From a virus: a stretch of 64,000 bases of DNA. Below the pieces are notes generated by a model. That model ran no database searches and was not told the DNA's origin. It worked only from the letters and a program-made list of their open reading frames with translations. The translations under genes and the position numbers were made by a program. This document shows positions 44,378 through 54,628 of this stretch, piece by piece (within the stretch, counting starts at the first letter, position 1; each line of letters starts with the position of its first letter). The stretch covers positions 32,001-96,000 of IMG/VR virus record IMGVR_UViG_3300035053_000267; one strand, written 5' to 3'.

Positions 44378-45019
44378 TTAGCCTCCGCGTGCAATTTTAC
44401 AGAACTGAACGCAATAGTTGACCAGAGTAACAATATTGTCCTCTACGGCTTTGGCATGATCCAGCATTTGATCAACCTGAACCTCGGTTCCGTGTTTGCG
44501 TATGTGTTCGGCCGACAGCATGGCTGCACCAGCTTTATCCCGCATCTTGCGGACATAATCGGAAAAATACCGTGTAGTCCTGACACATTGACTGGTACGG
44601 CTGAGCTCACGCCTTACAGGCGATGAATGCGTGGGAGCGTGTTCAACAGCCTCTTCAAAAGTAACAACTCCATTGAAAACAAGCTGGGACAGTTGGCGCT
44701 TAACGTCTCTGGGCAACTTGGAATACCTCTGAGCAGACGCAACACTAACACGGCCTGACCCCGGCAACTCTCCCATTGAAGAAAGAGCTTTGCCAAATTT
44801 AACAGCTTCCCGTATATACTTCTGAGAAACACAACACCCGGTACCGGATATAATCGAATTGAAATCCCTTTGAACGACTTTTATTTTTATATTGTAATTG
44901 AAATCCGGCTCTATTTCTCCAATTTTCTTAAAATACTTATACAGATTCACACATTCGTCAATAATGAATATTCTGGACCCCAGATGAGCCCTGGCAGCCC
45001 TTGTAATAAAAACATGCAT
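44378..45019 (-). CDS. Hypothetical protein
   Basis: Likely start MHVF at 45019 after GGAG. Confidence 0.55.
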   Translation of the reverse strand: MHVFITRAARAHLGSRIFIIDECVNLYKYFKKIGEIEPDFNYNIKIKVVQRDFNSIISGTGCCVSQKYIREAVKFGKALSSMGELPGSGRVSVASAQRYSKLPRDVKRQLSQLVFNGVVTFEEAVEHAPTHSSPVRRELSRTSQCVRTTRYFSDYVRKMRDKAGAAMLSAEHIRKHGTEVQVDQMLDHAKAVEDNIVTLVNYCVQFCKIARGG

Positions 45020-45035
45020 ATGCTCTCCAAATAAT

Positions 45036-45059
45036 AAAAAAGCGGGAAAGTCCCGCTTT
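45036..45059 (-). terminator. Intrinsic terminator/attenuator hairpin
   Basis: AAAGCGGGA/TCCCGCTTT plus T-run, after a 43-aa basic ORF (45058-45189). Confidence 0.55.
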
Positions 45060-45228
45060 AATCGTCGTTCCACCAGCAGTCCCGTGGTGGATGTTTCTTT
45101 TTTGATCTTTTAGCTATGCGCTTGATTTTTTTCAAATACGCATCAGAAGGAACAGTTACCACTTTTTTTACTGAAGTTGACGGCCGCATATTCACCTCCT
45201 ATGACAAAACACCAAAACAACCTCAATA

Positions 45229-45259
45229 TATTATTCCAATCTAAACGGCACAATTTAAG
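45229..45259 (-). promoter_or_regulatory. Putative promoter CTTAAA-N18-AATAAT
   Basis: Same motif as 11129 and 17922. Confidence 0.5.
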
Positions 45260-45929
45260 AATCGCCACCTGCTTCTTCGTCAGCAGTGCGAATCATTATC
45301 ATAAAGTCATAATGCTCAAAATTAAACTCCACACCCACATACAACACTGAATACACCTCGTCAGTTCCGTCTTCAGAGCTGTGTACTCCTATGCGTATAG
45401 TAGGAATATTGTTACCGAGCAGAGAAGCTGACGGCGGCCTGAACCTGGCACCTATCTTGAACCTTGAGTCGTACACAAGAACAACTACTTCATCAGTAAC
45501 CAGCACCCTGTGATAGTGAGTCGACAGAACAGATCCGTCCTTCAGCCTGAAGGACACAGCCACTTCGGGAGCCTCTGCCGGCTCGACATAAGTTCCCTTG
45601 CTCATCTTCTTTGCCGGCATATCACAAGACAGTATCCTGTGCTTGCGTAATTTGGACGCTACAGGCTTAGGATCGGAAACAGGGGTACTCGGTAATCCGG
45701 GAGGGGTTTCGTCCGCTGAAGGCCCATTAGAGCGCTGTTTTGAGGGCATTGTGGGCAACTTGTGCTGCAATTTGCCAGCCTCTGGGTCGCCAGGTTCTAT
45801 TTCTATCTTGTTTTTACCGAGATTTTGACCCTTTTGTTTGCCGTATATTCCATCGTGTGGAGGAACCTGTACAGCATCTGATAAAACCTCGTGTGGCTTG
45901 TATACGTCTTCTGTGAGTGCTTCTGTCAT
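45255..45929 (-). CDS. Hypothetical protein
   Basis: AGGAG RBS, 224 aa. Confidence 0.65.
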   Translation of the reverse strand: MTEALTEDVYKPHEVLSDAVQVPPHDGIYGKQKGQNLGKNKIEIEPGDPEAGKLQHKLPTMPSKQRSNGPSADETPPGLPSTPVSDPKPVASKLRKHRILSCDMPAKKMSKGTYVEPAEAPEVAVSFRLKDGSVLSTHYHRVLVTDEVVVLVYDSRFKIGARFRPPSASLLGNNIPTIRIGVHSSEDGTDEVYSVLYVGVEFNFEHYDFMIMIRTADEEAGGDS

Positions 45930-46556
45930 AATAACTCCTGTAAATAAGTGTTTTCAATGAAAAGCAATCGCCCATCAAGTGTCTCTATCGTGTATAAATC
46001 ATGATACCGAACTGCATTGAATTTGTTTACGATGTATTGCTTCAGTTTGTTTAACAAAGCTATTCCCTTTCGATTTGTGGGGAGTGAACTGTTTGTTTGG
46101 GGCTACTTTATAACTTTGTATGTTGTTGTATTATTTTCTTCTTTTAAAAAAAGAGCGCCGTAAGGCGCGACTATATAGATGAGCGAAGCGAATCTACTTC
46201 ATCAGCGAATTTTATATGAGCTGATTTATTATATATTTTATATATATAATATCGAAACTATGATTTTTTTGGCGGTTATAAAGATATATATATAATATAT
46301 ATATATCTATATAAAAATTGCTAAATATTTTCTCATAAATGAGTAAGTTGTTGCGACTCAACATGTTAATGTTTGCGGAATTTTCCAAAAATTTTGAAAA
46401 TTTCCGCAAAGTTTTGAGCGACCTACGTGGGTATTTTTTGTGCATTTAATACATTAATTACACCAAAAAACAACCCTCAGTGAGTGGGCACAAAAATACT
46501 GTGCCTCTCCACTGAGGGCAAATCTATTCTGTTTCTATACTATCGCAAGGCGTGTA

Positions 46557-46805
46557 TTAAGCTCTTTTAAGAGCTTCTTCTATATTGCGCCTTGCCTGCC
46601 AGGCCGCTCGAATAAGGTCCTCTGACAGATCTTTAGCGTTTCTGTCGAGCATACTCGCTATTGCTTCAGCTCTGTACAGCGCTTCTCTAATGGTAATAAG
46701 CTTAGGGCCGTCGTCCGCAGTTTCTATGCGAATCATATTGCCTTGAGCTTCTATGCTTTTTATGGTCTTGTATTTACTCAATTTCAGCTGCCTCGCGTAG
46801 GTCAT
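46557..46805 (-). CDS. Hypothetical protein
   Basis: Operon packing. Confidence 0.55.
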   Translation of the reverse strand: MTYARQLKLSKYKTIKSIEAQGNMIRIETADDGPKLITIREALYRAEAIASMLDRNAKDLSEDLIRAAWQARRNIEEALKRA

Positions 46806-47475
46806 ACTTATCTTTGAGCGTTACTCCAAAGACAACATCAGCATTCTTTATTACCTGATGATCCGGAGTGTGCAAAGTGCACACTATTTTGTCTACAGTG
46901 AACGGGTCGAGTCCGATCTTACTCTTATTGCCTGTGGGCAGATATACGTCTACAACGGGCAATATAGGCGGCATGCTCGCTTTATTATCAACGGCTATAG
47001 GGTCAGGGATGGTTACTCCTTCAGAGTATATCTCCCAATATTCTTTGTTTTTAACCCTGTAGTACGTCTGTGTATGCATGTACCTTTTAAACTCTTCGTA
47101 CACTGTAGATGGAAGACCTTCTAAAACATTAGACCAGGTACCTATTACAGTTCCTGTCTTGTCTTTGACGTCCATATTGGCCACAATAACGTGATTAAAT
47201 CGAAAAAACAATCTGTGATCTGTATAAGATGATACTGTGGAAAATAACGATACTATATCTTCATTAACTCGTGAAAATATGTAAACTGGCGCTAACGTGA
47301 AAAAACGATAATTTGAAATGTCATTAAGGCAGGACGCTTTAGCAGACAGGCTTCTTACCTGCTCTCCTGTTACGTCCTCATAAGTATCAATGATTGTATG
47401 CTTCTCGCCGGTGAATTTTTTTCCTTTGGTCGAGAAGTATTTAATCTCTTCAAGTGTTATCTTATGCTCTGCCAT
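46774..47475 (-). CDS. Hypothetical protein
   Basis: 233 aa. Confidence 0.6.
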   Translation of the reverse strand: MAEHKITLEEIKYFSTKGKKFTGEKHTIIDTYEDVTGEQVRSLSAKASCLNDISNYRFFTLAPVYIFSRVNEDIVSLFSTVSSYTDHRLFFRFNHVIVANMDVKDKTGTVIGTWSNVLEGLPSTVYEEFKRYMHTQTYYRVKNKEYWEIYSEGVTIPDPIAVDNKASMPPILPVVDVYLPTGNKSKIGLDPFTVDKIVCTLHTPDHQVIKNADVVFGVTLKDKYDLREAAEIE

Positions 47476-47659
47476 TGAGGGTATAGTACTCCTATTCTGC
47501 TGGGAGTTTCAACTATTTTTTTTAAGATTTATTCTTATAGTGCCTATTTAGTTGGCACGCAGCGCTTTACGTTATGCTGCGTGCTTAGTGGAGTGCCCCA
47601 GCCGGCTATACTTTTTGATATGCATATCAAAAATATCCTGAATATGCCGTATCCTTAAC

Positions 47660-48295
47660 CTACTTATCGCTTTTAGGAGGAGCTTCTTTTGCCATCTGGT
47701 TCTCGGCCTCTTTGCTGAGCTTTTTGAGTGAACCGCCTATTTCTTCTATGCAGCTTTCAACTGTGGCATTAGCGTCCCCTTTCCACTCTTTCACCAGGAA
47801 TCCCATATACTCGTATATAGCTAAGAGCATGTTGAATACAGTGAACTGCCTGGGATTGCCGGCATCATCAAACAACGTTTCTCTTTTGGCAACGGTTATT
47901 ACGGCGTTTATGTGGGACTCGTTGAGACCTATGGATTTCAGTTTGCTTATCATCAGGGACTGGATCTGGGACGACAGCAGTACAGGCAGTACAATTGCTT
48001 CATGGTCGTAATGCTTTAATACAAAGTCAATCAGCTTCTGCATGGACTCCTGGTCTGTCACATCCGGTGGAACTGCCAGGCCCTCGACTTTTTCTGTTTC
48101 CTGGTTGGGACCGGGAAACGGTAAAACTTTGCCGTCGTCTGAGCTCTCCGGAGTCTGGACTTGTTCGGAAGCCTTTTTTTCCAGCTGTTTCTCTAAAAAT
48201 GTTTTGTTTTCTTCTGTCACTTTTTCTCCTTGAGGTTTAAGTAAAAATATAAGTCCGGGGTTTCCAGACCACATCTTTTTGAAAATTTGTTCCAT
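47660..48295 (-). CDS. Hypothetical protein
   Basis: 211 aa. Confidence 0.6.
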   Translation of the reverse strand: MEQIFKKMWSGNPGLIFLLKPQGEKVTEENKTFLEKQLEKKASEQVQTPESSDDGKVLPFPGPNQETEKVEGLAVPPDVTDQESMQKLIDFVLKHYDHEAIVLPVLLSSQIQSLMISKLKSIGLNESHINAVITVAKRETLFDDAGNPRQFTVFNMLLAIYEYMGFLVKEWKGDANATVESCIEEIGGSLKKLSKEAENQMAKEAPPKSDK

Positions 48296-48777
48296 GGCAC
48301 CATAGTGCCTATCTGTATAGCGACATCTCTGCCTATTTTTTTAATAGTTCCGTCTATCACTCCATTCCAGAATTTGTTTTCTTTAACCGGTATGGCCACT
48401 GTAAGCTCATCGTCCTGTTTAGTTTTAAGTTTTCTGTAATTGAAGTGTATAAGTATAAACGTTTCCACGCCATATTCCGATCTTTTCATTAAGTGACCGA
48501 ACTGTCTGGCTCTAAACGATTTAGCTGTGTTACCTGTTAGTTGAAACGACGCTTGACTGCACACTTTCGCATCAAATATGAATTGTCTGCCTCCAGGAAG
48601 GACCCCTTCAAAATCAGGCAACGACGGTATAGGCCTCCAGCTGCCATTGATCAAGGTTGTAATAGTTCCGTATCTGGATAGAGTGTATCGCCCGCGACGT
48701 TCATCTTTTTTTGCCCTGTTCAGTATCAGGGCTTCAAATTCATGTCCGTTTATTCGGTGTATCAACGTTAGAGTCAC
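48217..48777 (-). CDS. RecU-like Holliday junction resolvase
   Basis: G..FE...PDFEG....FDAK...Q..HL. Confidence 0.75.
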   Translation of the reverse strand: MTLTLIHRINGHEFEALILNRAKKDERRGRYTLSRYGTITTLINGSWRPIPSLPDFEGVLPGGRQFIFDAKVCSQASFQLTGNTAKSFRARQFGHLMKRSEYGVETFILIHFNYRKLKTKQDDELTVAIPVKENKFWNGVIDGTIKKIGRDVAIQIGTMVPWNKFSKRCGLETPDLYFYLNLKEKK

Positions 48778-48940
48778 CTTTTGCGAAATAAAACGCGAAT
48801 GCCATTATTATTACCTGCAATGCATCTTTGGGATCTATCTGACCGGTTATAACCATGTATAAAAAAGCCACCCCAGCAAAGGCAGACAGAAGCCACCTTC
48901 CGGACATGACTTTGTACACTATATACTCTGTTTTAGTCAT
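48740..48940 (-). CDS. Small two-TM protein (holin-like)
   Basis: SGRWLL, two TM helices, AFYF. Confidence 0.45.
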   Translation of the reverse strand: MTKTEYIVYKVMSGRWLLSAFAGVAFLYMVITGQIDPKDALQVIIMAFAFYFAKGDSNVDTPNKRT

Positions 48941-48982
48941 AGTCCCTATTATACTGCTTGTGAGCAGACATTCAACGTAAAT

Positions 48983-49738
48983 CTACTCAGATGCCAACGA
49001 AACCAGCTCTTCTATAAGCTTTTCAGTTACCAGACAGTCGAATAAGGCATCATGAGAGCTGCCACAGATATTATACTTATCTACCAGGTTGAATTCAGGA
49101 ATACAGTACTTATCCAGAGCGTAGTAAACTCCTTTGGCTCTTATGTTCGCAACATTTGTGTAGAACAGTTTATTTGATTCGGATGCCAGCTTACGACGCT
49201 TCATTATTGCACTCTTTACAAGCATGCCCGTATCAATAAGATTTCTATCAGGAAATACAAAATTGTGGCCGAATTGAACAAATTTACGATTAAGAAACGG
49301 TATATCGAATCTTATGAAGTTATGCCCCGCAAACCAGTACCCGCTGTGACATGCTCCCTGACACAGCGATCCTACTATGTTTATGGCCTCGTCCTGGCTT
49401 ATTCCTGTACTTATCTGGTTAAGATAACTTTCAATAGCCATAACAGAAGCATCTTCAGCAGAAAAACCTTCTGTTGCTATAATCTCTTTTGCTCGTCTGT
49501 TAAGCTCAAAAGTGTTGGCCAGTGCTGCCTCTTCCCCTATGTTTATAGTTATGTCCAGTTCTTTTCTGTTGACTCCGTTTACTATACAGCCTACTTGCCA
49601 TACATCATTGTCCACCGGGTTAAACCCCGTAGTCTCAATATCAATTACTATATAGTTGTCAGGAAGTGTTAAAGAGGTTCCTAGCAGGCCCTTAAGGTTA
49701 TGTCTAAGCGTATCAGGATCCGGTTTCATCGCCGACAC
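48983..49738 (-). CDS. DEDDh 3'-5' exonuclease (DnaQ-like)
   Basis: DIETTG, GHN..FD, HDALFD. Confidence 0.88.
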   Translation of the reverse strand: MSAMKPDPDTLRHNLKGLLGTSLTLPDNYIVIDIETTGFNPVDNDVWQVGCIVNGVNRKELDITINIGEEAALANTFELNRRAKEIIATEGFSAEDASVMAIESYLNQISTGISQDEAINIVGSLCQGACHSGYWFAGHNFIRFDIPFLNRKFVQFGHNFVFPDRNLIDTGMLVKSAIMKRRKLASESNKLFYTNVANIRAKGVYYALDKYCIPEFNLVDKYNICGSSHDALFDCLVTEKLIEELVSLASE

Positions 49739-50150
49739 TGTCCACTGCTTTATTGAACTCGTCTAAGCCTACCGGGGTCTCTCCCGGGTGAGTTGCCTCT
49801 TTTACGGCTGTAAAGTAATAGGAAAGAAGCGTTCTCAGCAATGCTTTTCCAAAAATATGCTGTGCGCTCTGCGGCGCGTCCAGTAGTCCGGATTCTTTAA
49901 ACGCTTCAGTAAGATCAGTGAATTTATTGTCTCCGGTAAGCCTGTTGACAAACTCAACCATGCTTTTGGCTACGGCCTTAAGTTCTTCGGTAATATCGTC
50001 TTTACGGGGGTGGCTGGCAATGCTGTCCTCAGCTACACGAAAAGCTTTGCTTAGTATAAAAGGAGTGATATGTGCCATGTCTCGTAAGGGACTTACCCAT
50101 ATGCTGCCCCGTTCAGGTATCTGATAACACGGTACTTTCTGTTGAAACAT
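49713..50150 (-). CDS. Hypothetical protein
   Basis: Operon packing. Confidence 0.6.
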   Translation of the reverse strand: MFQQKVPCYQIPERGSIWVSPLRDMAHITPFILSKAFRVAEDSIASHPRKDDITEELKAVAKSMVEFVNRLTGDNKFTDLTEAFKESGLLDAPQSAQHIFGKALLRTLLSYYFTAVKEATHPGETPVGLDEFNKAVDSVGDETGS

Positions 50151-50190
50151 TAGTGATTACCTTTCTTTACTCATTCGAGTTGTTTTTGCC

Positions 50191-50577
50191 TTATTTTTTT
50201 ATAGTTCTGGATCCTAGAAGTGAAAAAACATACTCAAAAGTCGACTTGCACTCAGGGCACTCGTACTGTATGCTGATCCTGTTGCTTATCTGGTCAAATA
50301 CCAGTGTGGCTTCTTTTTCATCTACACAGGTATAGCACTCTGGACATGTTGATTTAAAAGCGAACGTATCGTTTATGTCCTCATAGTTAGTAAATATCTT
50401 AAGCCCGTATGTTGAGCCCTCAAACTCCACTATGCCACTGTGTGAAAAGTCCTCATAGTCCTCTGTAAGGACTTGAACCTCGTATCCGGGGGGCGCGTTT
50501 ATGACTCTTTCAGGGCCGAAATGCTTATCCATAATCAGTATAATGGGCAAGTTGTTATTTTTCTTTTTTATAGTCAT
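50191..50577 (-). CDS. Zinc-ribbon protein
   Basis: CPEC...CPEC. Confidence 0.6.
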   Translation of the reverse strand: MTIKKKNNNLPIILIMDKHFGPERVINAPPGYEVQVLTEDYEDFSHSGIVEFEGSTYGLKIFTNYEDINDTFAFKSTCPECYTCVDEKEATLVFDQISNRISIQYECPECKSTFEYVFSLLGSRTIKK

Positions 50578-50644
50578 TTCTTTCTCTTTTTAGTTGATTT
50601 TTGCTCTTTTGTAGTCTACTATAGGTACAACTGGTCTACTATAG

Positions 50645-50995
50645 TTGGGCCATGCTGACTATAGTTACAACATATTAAGTAGAGGAATCACTATGTTCAG
50701 CGGTAAATACAGTTTTGATACGGATACCGGAGCCTATTCAATAAGTTTTACAGGTCCCCCATCCCATCAGAAAATAGGTACTTTGTACGTTTCATTTGAA
50801 TCTGAGCAGACGGGGTCTATAACTGTCACCATTACAAAAAATGAAAAACTATTTAACGTTTTATATGAAGAGATTGCCGATTTAACTTATTTTACATGGT
50901 CTCCTCAGGCAATATGGCTGAGCAATGGCGATACTCTGTCTATAGCTCTGGACGGTACGGATGATGCAAGATGCGAGCTGTATCTTGAAGAATAA
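50645..50995 (+). CDS. Hypothetical protein
   Basis: Plus-strand ORF; GAGG before ATG 50693. Confidence 0.55.
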   Translation: MGHADYSYNILSRGITMFSGKYSFDTDTGAYSISFTGPPSHQKIGTLYVSFESEQTGSITVTITKNEKLFNVLYEEIADLTYFTWSPQAIWLSNGDTLSIALDGTDDARCELYLEE

Positions 50996-51485
50996 AGGGC
51001 ACTATTTAAACCGTTTTCTTCTTAACATAACATCCCTGTCTCCCTCGGAACAGTATAAGTGCCATAAAGCTAAAAAAGCATACAAAAAGACCCATAATGA
51101 GTGTGCTGTATGTGGCTGTTTAAAGTGGTTGGAAGTTCATCATGTTCTCCCTATTCATGTTCAGCCTGCTTTAGCTGACGACCCCACCAATTTTATAACT
51201 CTGTGTGATCCAAAAAACAATGGATGCCACCGTCTTCTTGCTCATTTTGGAAATTTCTCCAAAAAATGGAACATCTACATTAGAGAATACGCTCTTATAA
51301 GCAGAATGCATATAGAATATATGGATCCTGTACATTCTTTTCAAGTGCCAACACCTGTTTTATTCGAAGAATTCGCCAAAGCCGGCAAATACACTCATAA
51401 AGAGTACACCAAATTCATTCAGGAACTGTCCAGCAGGTTTGTTAATCATAAACTGCCACACATACAGAACTGTCTTACGGCCTAA
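50961..51485 (+). CDS. HNH endonuclease
   Basis: CAVCG...EVHH...N..TLC...CH...H. Confidence 0.8.
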   Translation: MMQDASCILKNKGHYLNRFLLNITSLSPSEQYKCHKAKKAYKKTHNECAVCGCLKWLEVHHVLPIHVQPALADDPTNFITLCDPKNNGCHRLLAHFGNFSKKWNIYIREYALISRMHIEYMDPVHSFQVPTPVLFEEFAKAGKYTHKEYTKFIQELSSRFVNHKLPHIQNCLTA

Positions 51486-51557
51486 AAGGACTAAACGGGC
51501 GGGCATAGGAGGGAGAGATGTTTCGTAAGGAAGCGCCCGCCCGTTATAGTCAACTTT

Positions 51558-54008
51558 CTACTGGCACTCAGTCCAGCCACATTGTGTGCACATTTTGCAT
51601 CCATCCTGACGTATTACTGTATCAGTCATACCGTGATTAATACATCGTGGGCATGACTCTCCACTGACTTTTGTGCCGTCCGGTATATACTTCTTAATCG
51701 CTCTTGCCAGTGACCTTGAAAACGTAAACAAATCTCCTTTGACCTTTTCAAGCTGATGCACAATAAAGTGCATAGAGGCTCCGTGCCTTAACGATGTAGA
51801 AACGAGTCTGGTAATAGCCTCCTGCTCATCAGACAGGTAATCTGTAATGTTATCCAGATCAGATCCATCATCAAATTCAGCGGTGTAGTATCCTCTTTTC
51901 TTTTTAGATATTACACCTTTTTTAACGGCTCTGTTTATACAGTTGTTTTTGCCGGCAAAAACTTCAAACGGCTCTCCATCCAGTATGCCTACCAGTACAA
52001 AATAGTGCTCATTTTTGACCTTTATATGGTATACATCACATGGAAGATTCTTAGGCCTTTTTATGGCATCTGTTTTAGGTATTTTCGATTTTGGTGTGTT
52101 CTTTATCAGTACACCGTCACGGCAGCCGTCTCTGTATACTGTTATTCCTTTACAGCCTAAGGCCCATGCTTTTTCATAAATGGCCTTTACAGTGTCTACA
52201 GATGCATCATTAGGCAAATTAATAGTAGAGGATATGTTATGGTCAATATGTTCATTTATTTTAGCCTGAAGAACCACACGCTTAATCCAGTCTATAGCGT
52301 ATGCAGTTGAACCATGCCACGGAGATTTACTTATGTCCGTCTCTCCGGTAACCTCCATCCAGTCTTTTACTTTAGGATGGTAAACTTCATAGTTTTTCCA
52401 TTTATCTCCAGTCTTGTCTATGAAGTCTGGTTTAACTTTGTCGTCTGAATCAGTTAGCTTTCGACGTCGAATACATGATACCTCATACAAAGGCTCAATC
52501 CCGCTGGTGGTTTGAGTCAGTATACTCACCGAACCTGTAGGAGCTATTGTTAAAAGACCTATATTACGCCTTCCATACTTCATCATCTTATTGTAAAGCT
52601 TACGATTTTCGTTCTTCAGTTTAGTATTAAATTTACAGTGGCGCTCAGCTGCAGCACTGAATCCTTTAAATGGTCCCAGCTCTTTTGCCATATCTACAGA
52701 TGACTCTATGGCGCTGTGTTTAAACAACATAAAAAGTCTATCTGCAAAATGTATGGAATCGGCTGATCCGTATTTAAGACCTAAAGCTGCGAACATATCT
52801 CCAAGAGCCGTTATGCCTGTTCCTGTTCTTCTGGCGTCTCTGCATTTATTCAAAACTTTCGTCCAGAAGGCCACCATTCTGGATTTTACATTAAAATCTT
52901 CCGGCCCATTTATGGTCTTGAGTATTATTTTCTCAATACGCTCTGTTTCAAGATCTACTATATCGTCCATTATTCTCTGAGCTTTTTTAACTACCTCAGA
53001 AAATTTATCAAAATTAAATTCAGCCTTGTCTGTAAAGGGATTATCGACAAAACTGAATAAATTGATAGCCAGTAGCCTGCATGCAGATCCTTCGTCAAGC
53101 CCCAGTTCGCTGCACGGATTTGTAGATACTGTTTTATACCCAAGGTGTTCATAGCAATCTGATAAACCGCCTTTTATAATCGTATCCCAAAAAAGGATTC
53201 CGGGCTCTGCGGTCGCATGGGCCTGTGTAACGACAGTGTTCCATAGATCTTCAGCATTTATTTCTTTGGTGACGGAAGGCGTGTCAGAATCTACGGGCCA
53301 TTGAAGAACAAAGTTACTTTTCTGTATAGCCGCCTTCATAAACCGATCATACAGCTTTATTGACGTATTTGCACCGGTTATCTCGGTTAGATCGGCTTTA
53401 GCTTTGATAAAATTTTCAGATTCCGGATGCTGTATATCTATAGTCAGCATGCCGGCTCCGCGTCTATTCTGTTGCCCTACTTCCCGTATTGAATTAGAGT
53501 ATCTGCGCATGAACGATACAACTCCAGAACTGGATTTGGCAGCATTGTTAGTCGGTGTTCCAACTGGGCGGAGATTAGACAGGTCCGTACCGACTCCACC
53601 TCTTACTTTACAGACGTTTACAATTTGTTCATCTGTAGCACATATTGAAGAGTATGAGTCTAAGGGACAGTCAATAACATAGCAGTTGGACGTTGACACT
53701 ATCTTATAAGGATTACCTATAGCATACATTGGAGATCCTTGAGGTATTATATACTTAAAGTCTTTAAATAACTCGTAGATCTCGTCCTCGCTCATTGGTT
53801 CCTTAAACTTGGCTTTCTCTACACGATGAATCTCAGGCGCGAGTCTGTTTCTGTGCATTTCGTCGGGAGTGGCTTCCAGTATATTATCGTCGTTGTCCCT
53901 CAGGGCATATTTATCGACGAACACACTGGCAGCGAGCTCATTACCGTTGAAATACTCTGTACTTTTTTCAATCGCCTCATTGTGAGAAAAAACCTGTTTG
54001 TTTGGCAT
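51558..54008 (-). CDS. nrdJ: Adenosylcobalamin-dependent ribonucleotide reductase (class II)
   Basis: SNCY, TNPCSE, IAPTGS, ISSTIN, KGITVYRDG, C-terminal TSCPD-like/Zn domain. Confidence 0.9.
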   Translation of the reverse strand: MPNKQVFSHNEAIEKSTEYFNGNELAASVFVDKYALRDNDDNILEATPDEMHRNRLAPEIHRVEKAKFKEPMSEDEIYELFKDFKYIIPQGSPMYAIGNPYKIVSTSNCYVIDCPLDSYSSICATDEQIVNVCKVRGGVGTDLSNLRPVGTPTNNAAKSSSGVVSFMRRYSNSIREVGQQNRRGAGMLTIDIQHPESENFIKAKADLTEITGANTSIKLYDRFMKAAIQKSNFVLQWPVDSDTPSVTKEINAEDLWNTVVTQAHATAEPGILFWDTIIKGGLSDCYEHLGYKTVSTNPCSELGLDEGSACRLLAINLFSFVDNPFTDKAEFNFDKFSEVVKKAQRIMDDIVDLETERIEKIILKTINGPEDFNVKSRMVAFWTKVLNKCRDARRTGTGITALGDMFAALGLKYGSADSIHFADRLFMLFKHSAIESSVDMAKELGPFKGFSAAAERHCKFNTKLKNENRKLYNKMMKYGRRNIGLLTIAPTGSVSILTQTTSGIEPLYEVSCIRRRKLTDSDDKVKPDFIDKTGDKWKNYEVYHPKVKDWMEVTGETDISKSPWHGSTAYAIDWIKRVVLQAKINEHIDHNISSTINLPNDASVDTVKAIYEKAWALGCKGITVYRDGCRDGVLIKNTPKSKIPKTDAIKRPKNLPCDVYHIKVKNEHYFVLVGILDGEPFEVFAGKNNCINRAVKKGVISKKKRGYYTAEFDDGSDLDNITDYLSDEQEAITRLVSTSLRHGASMHFIVHQLEKVKGDLFTFSRSLARAIKKYIPDGTKVSGESCPRCINHGMTDTVIRQDGCKMCTQCGWTECQ

Positions 54009-54157
54009 AATTACTCCTGATTATTAGTGTGAGCATTAAAGGTCTATTCTACTACCTGCTCTGTGATTTTTGCAAACATTATCGGTTATTTGCTCTGTTG
54101 CACACTGTTATGTGTTAGCAATATTTGTCTTGTAGGGTGGGTTTGAAAATTTATCCG

Positions 54158-54628
54158 TCAGCGACCCGTGCTGCCCAGTCCATCAGTGCCTCTACGGGTT
54201 GTTCCAGGTGGTTGGTCCGCTATCCTTACTTCGTCAATTGGGGCCATATCTCCTGCACATATCTGACACAGCCTGGTCAATGCGTGTATGGTGTACGGTT
54301 TATCGTGGTCACAGTTATCTAGCAAAAGTTTTAAAGTTCCGTTATATCCTTTATCTATGACGCCAATAGAGTTAGCCAGTCGAATAGGTGTGGTGCCGGT
54401 ACTTGATCTTGGAACAACAATAAACGGCAATCTGGTATCGCCACTGTACGTTACCACGATTTTAGTGTCCACAACTGCGCCGTAGTGTCCAGGCGGTATG
54501 GTTAATTCTGAAGGCACAACCAGATCGAATCCAGAATCCTCCAGACCTTTTTTATTAAATTGACCGACCATTGAGCTATAAACACTTAAAAGATGCGGAT
54601 CTTCGGTGTAAATTGTGAAAATTCCCAT
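54158..54628 (-). CDS. dut: dUTPase
   Basis: SGFDL, PRSS, GVIDKGYNG, RGTDGLGSTG. Confidence 0.93.
   Translation of the reverse strand: MGIFTIYTEDPHLLSVYSSMVGQFNKKGLEDSGFDLVVPSELTIPPGHYGAVVDTKIVVTYSGDTRLPFIVVPRSSTGTTPIRLANSIGVIDKGYNGTLKLLLDNCDHDKPYTIHALTRLCQICAGDMAPIDEVRIADQPPGTTRRGTDGLGSTGR

Noticed and set aside
46212-46445. 77-aa ORF in AT-rich tract
   Set aside because: Low-complexity Ile/Tyr translation of TA repeats, no RBS
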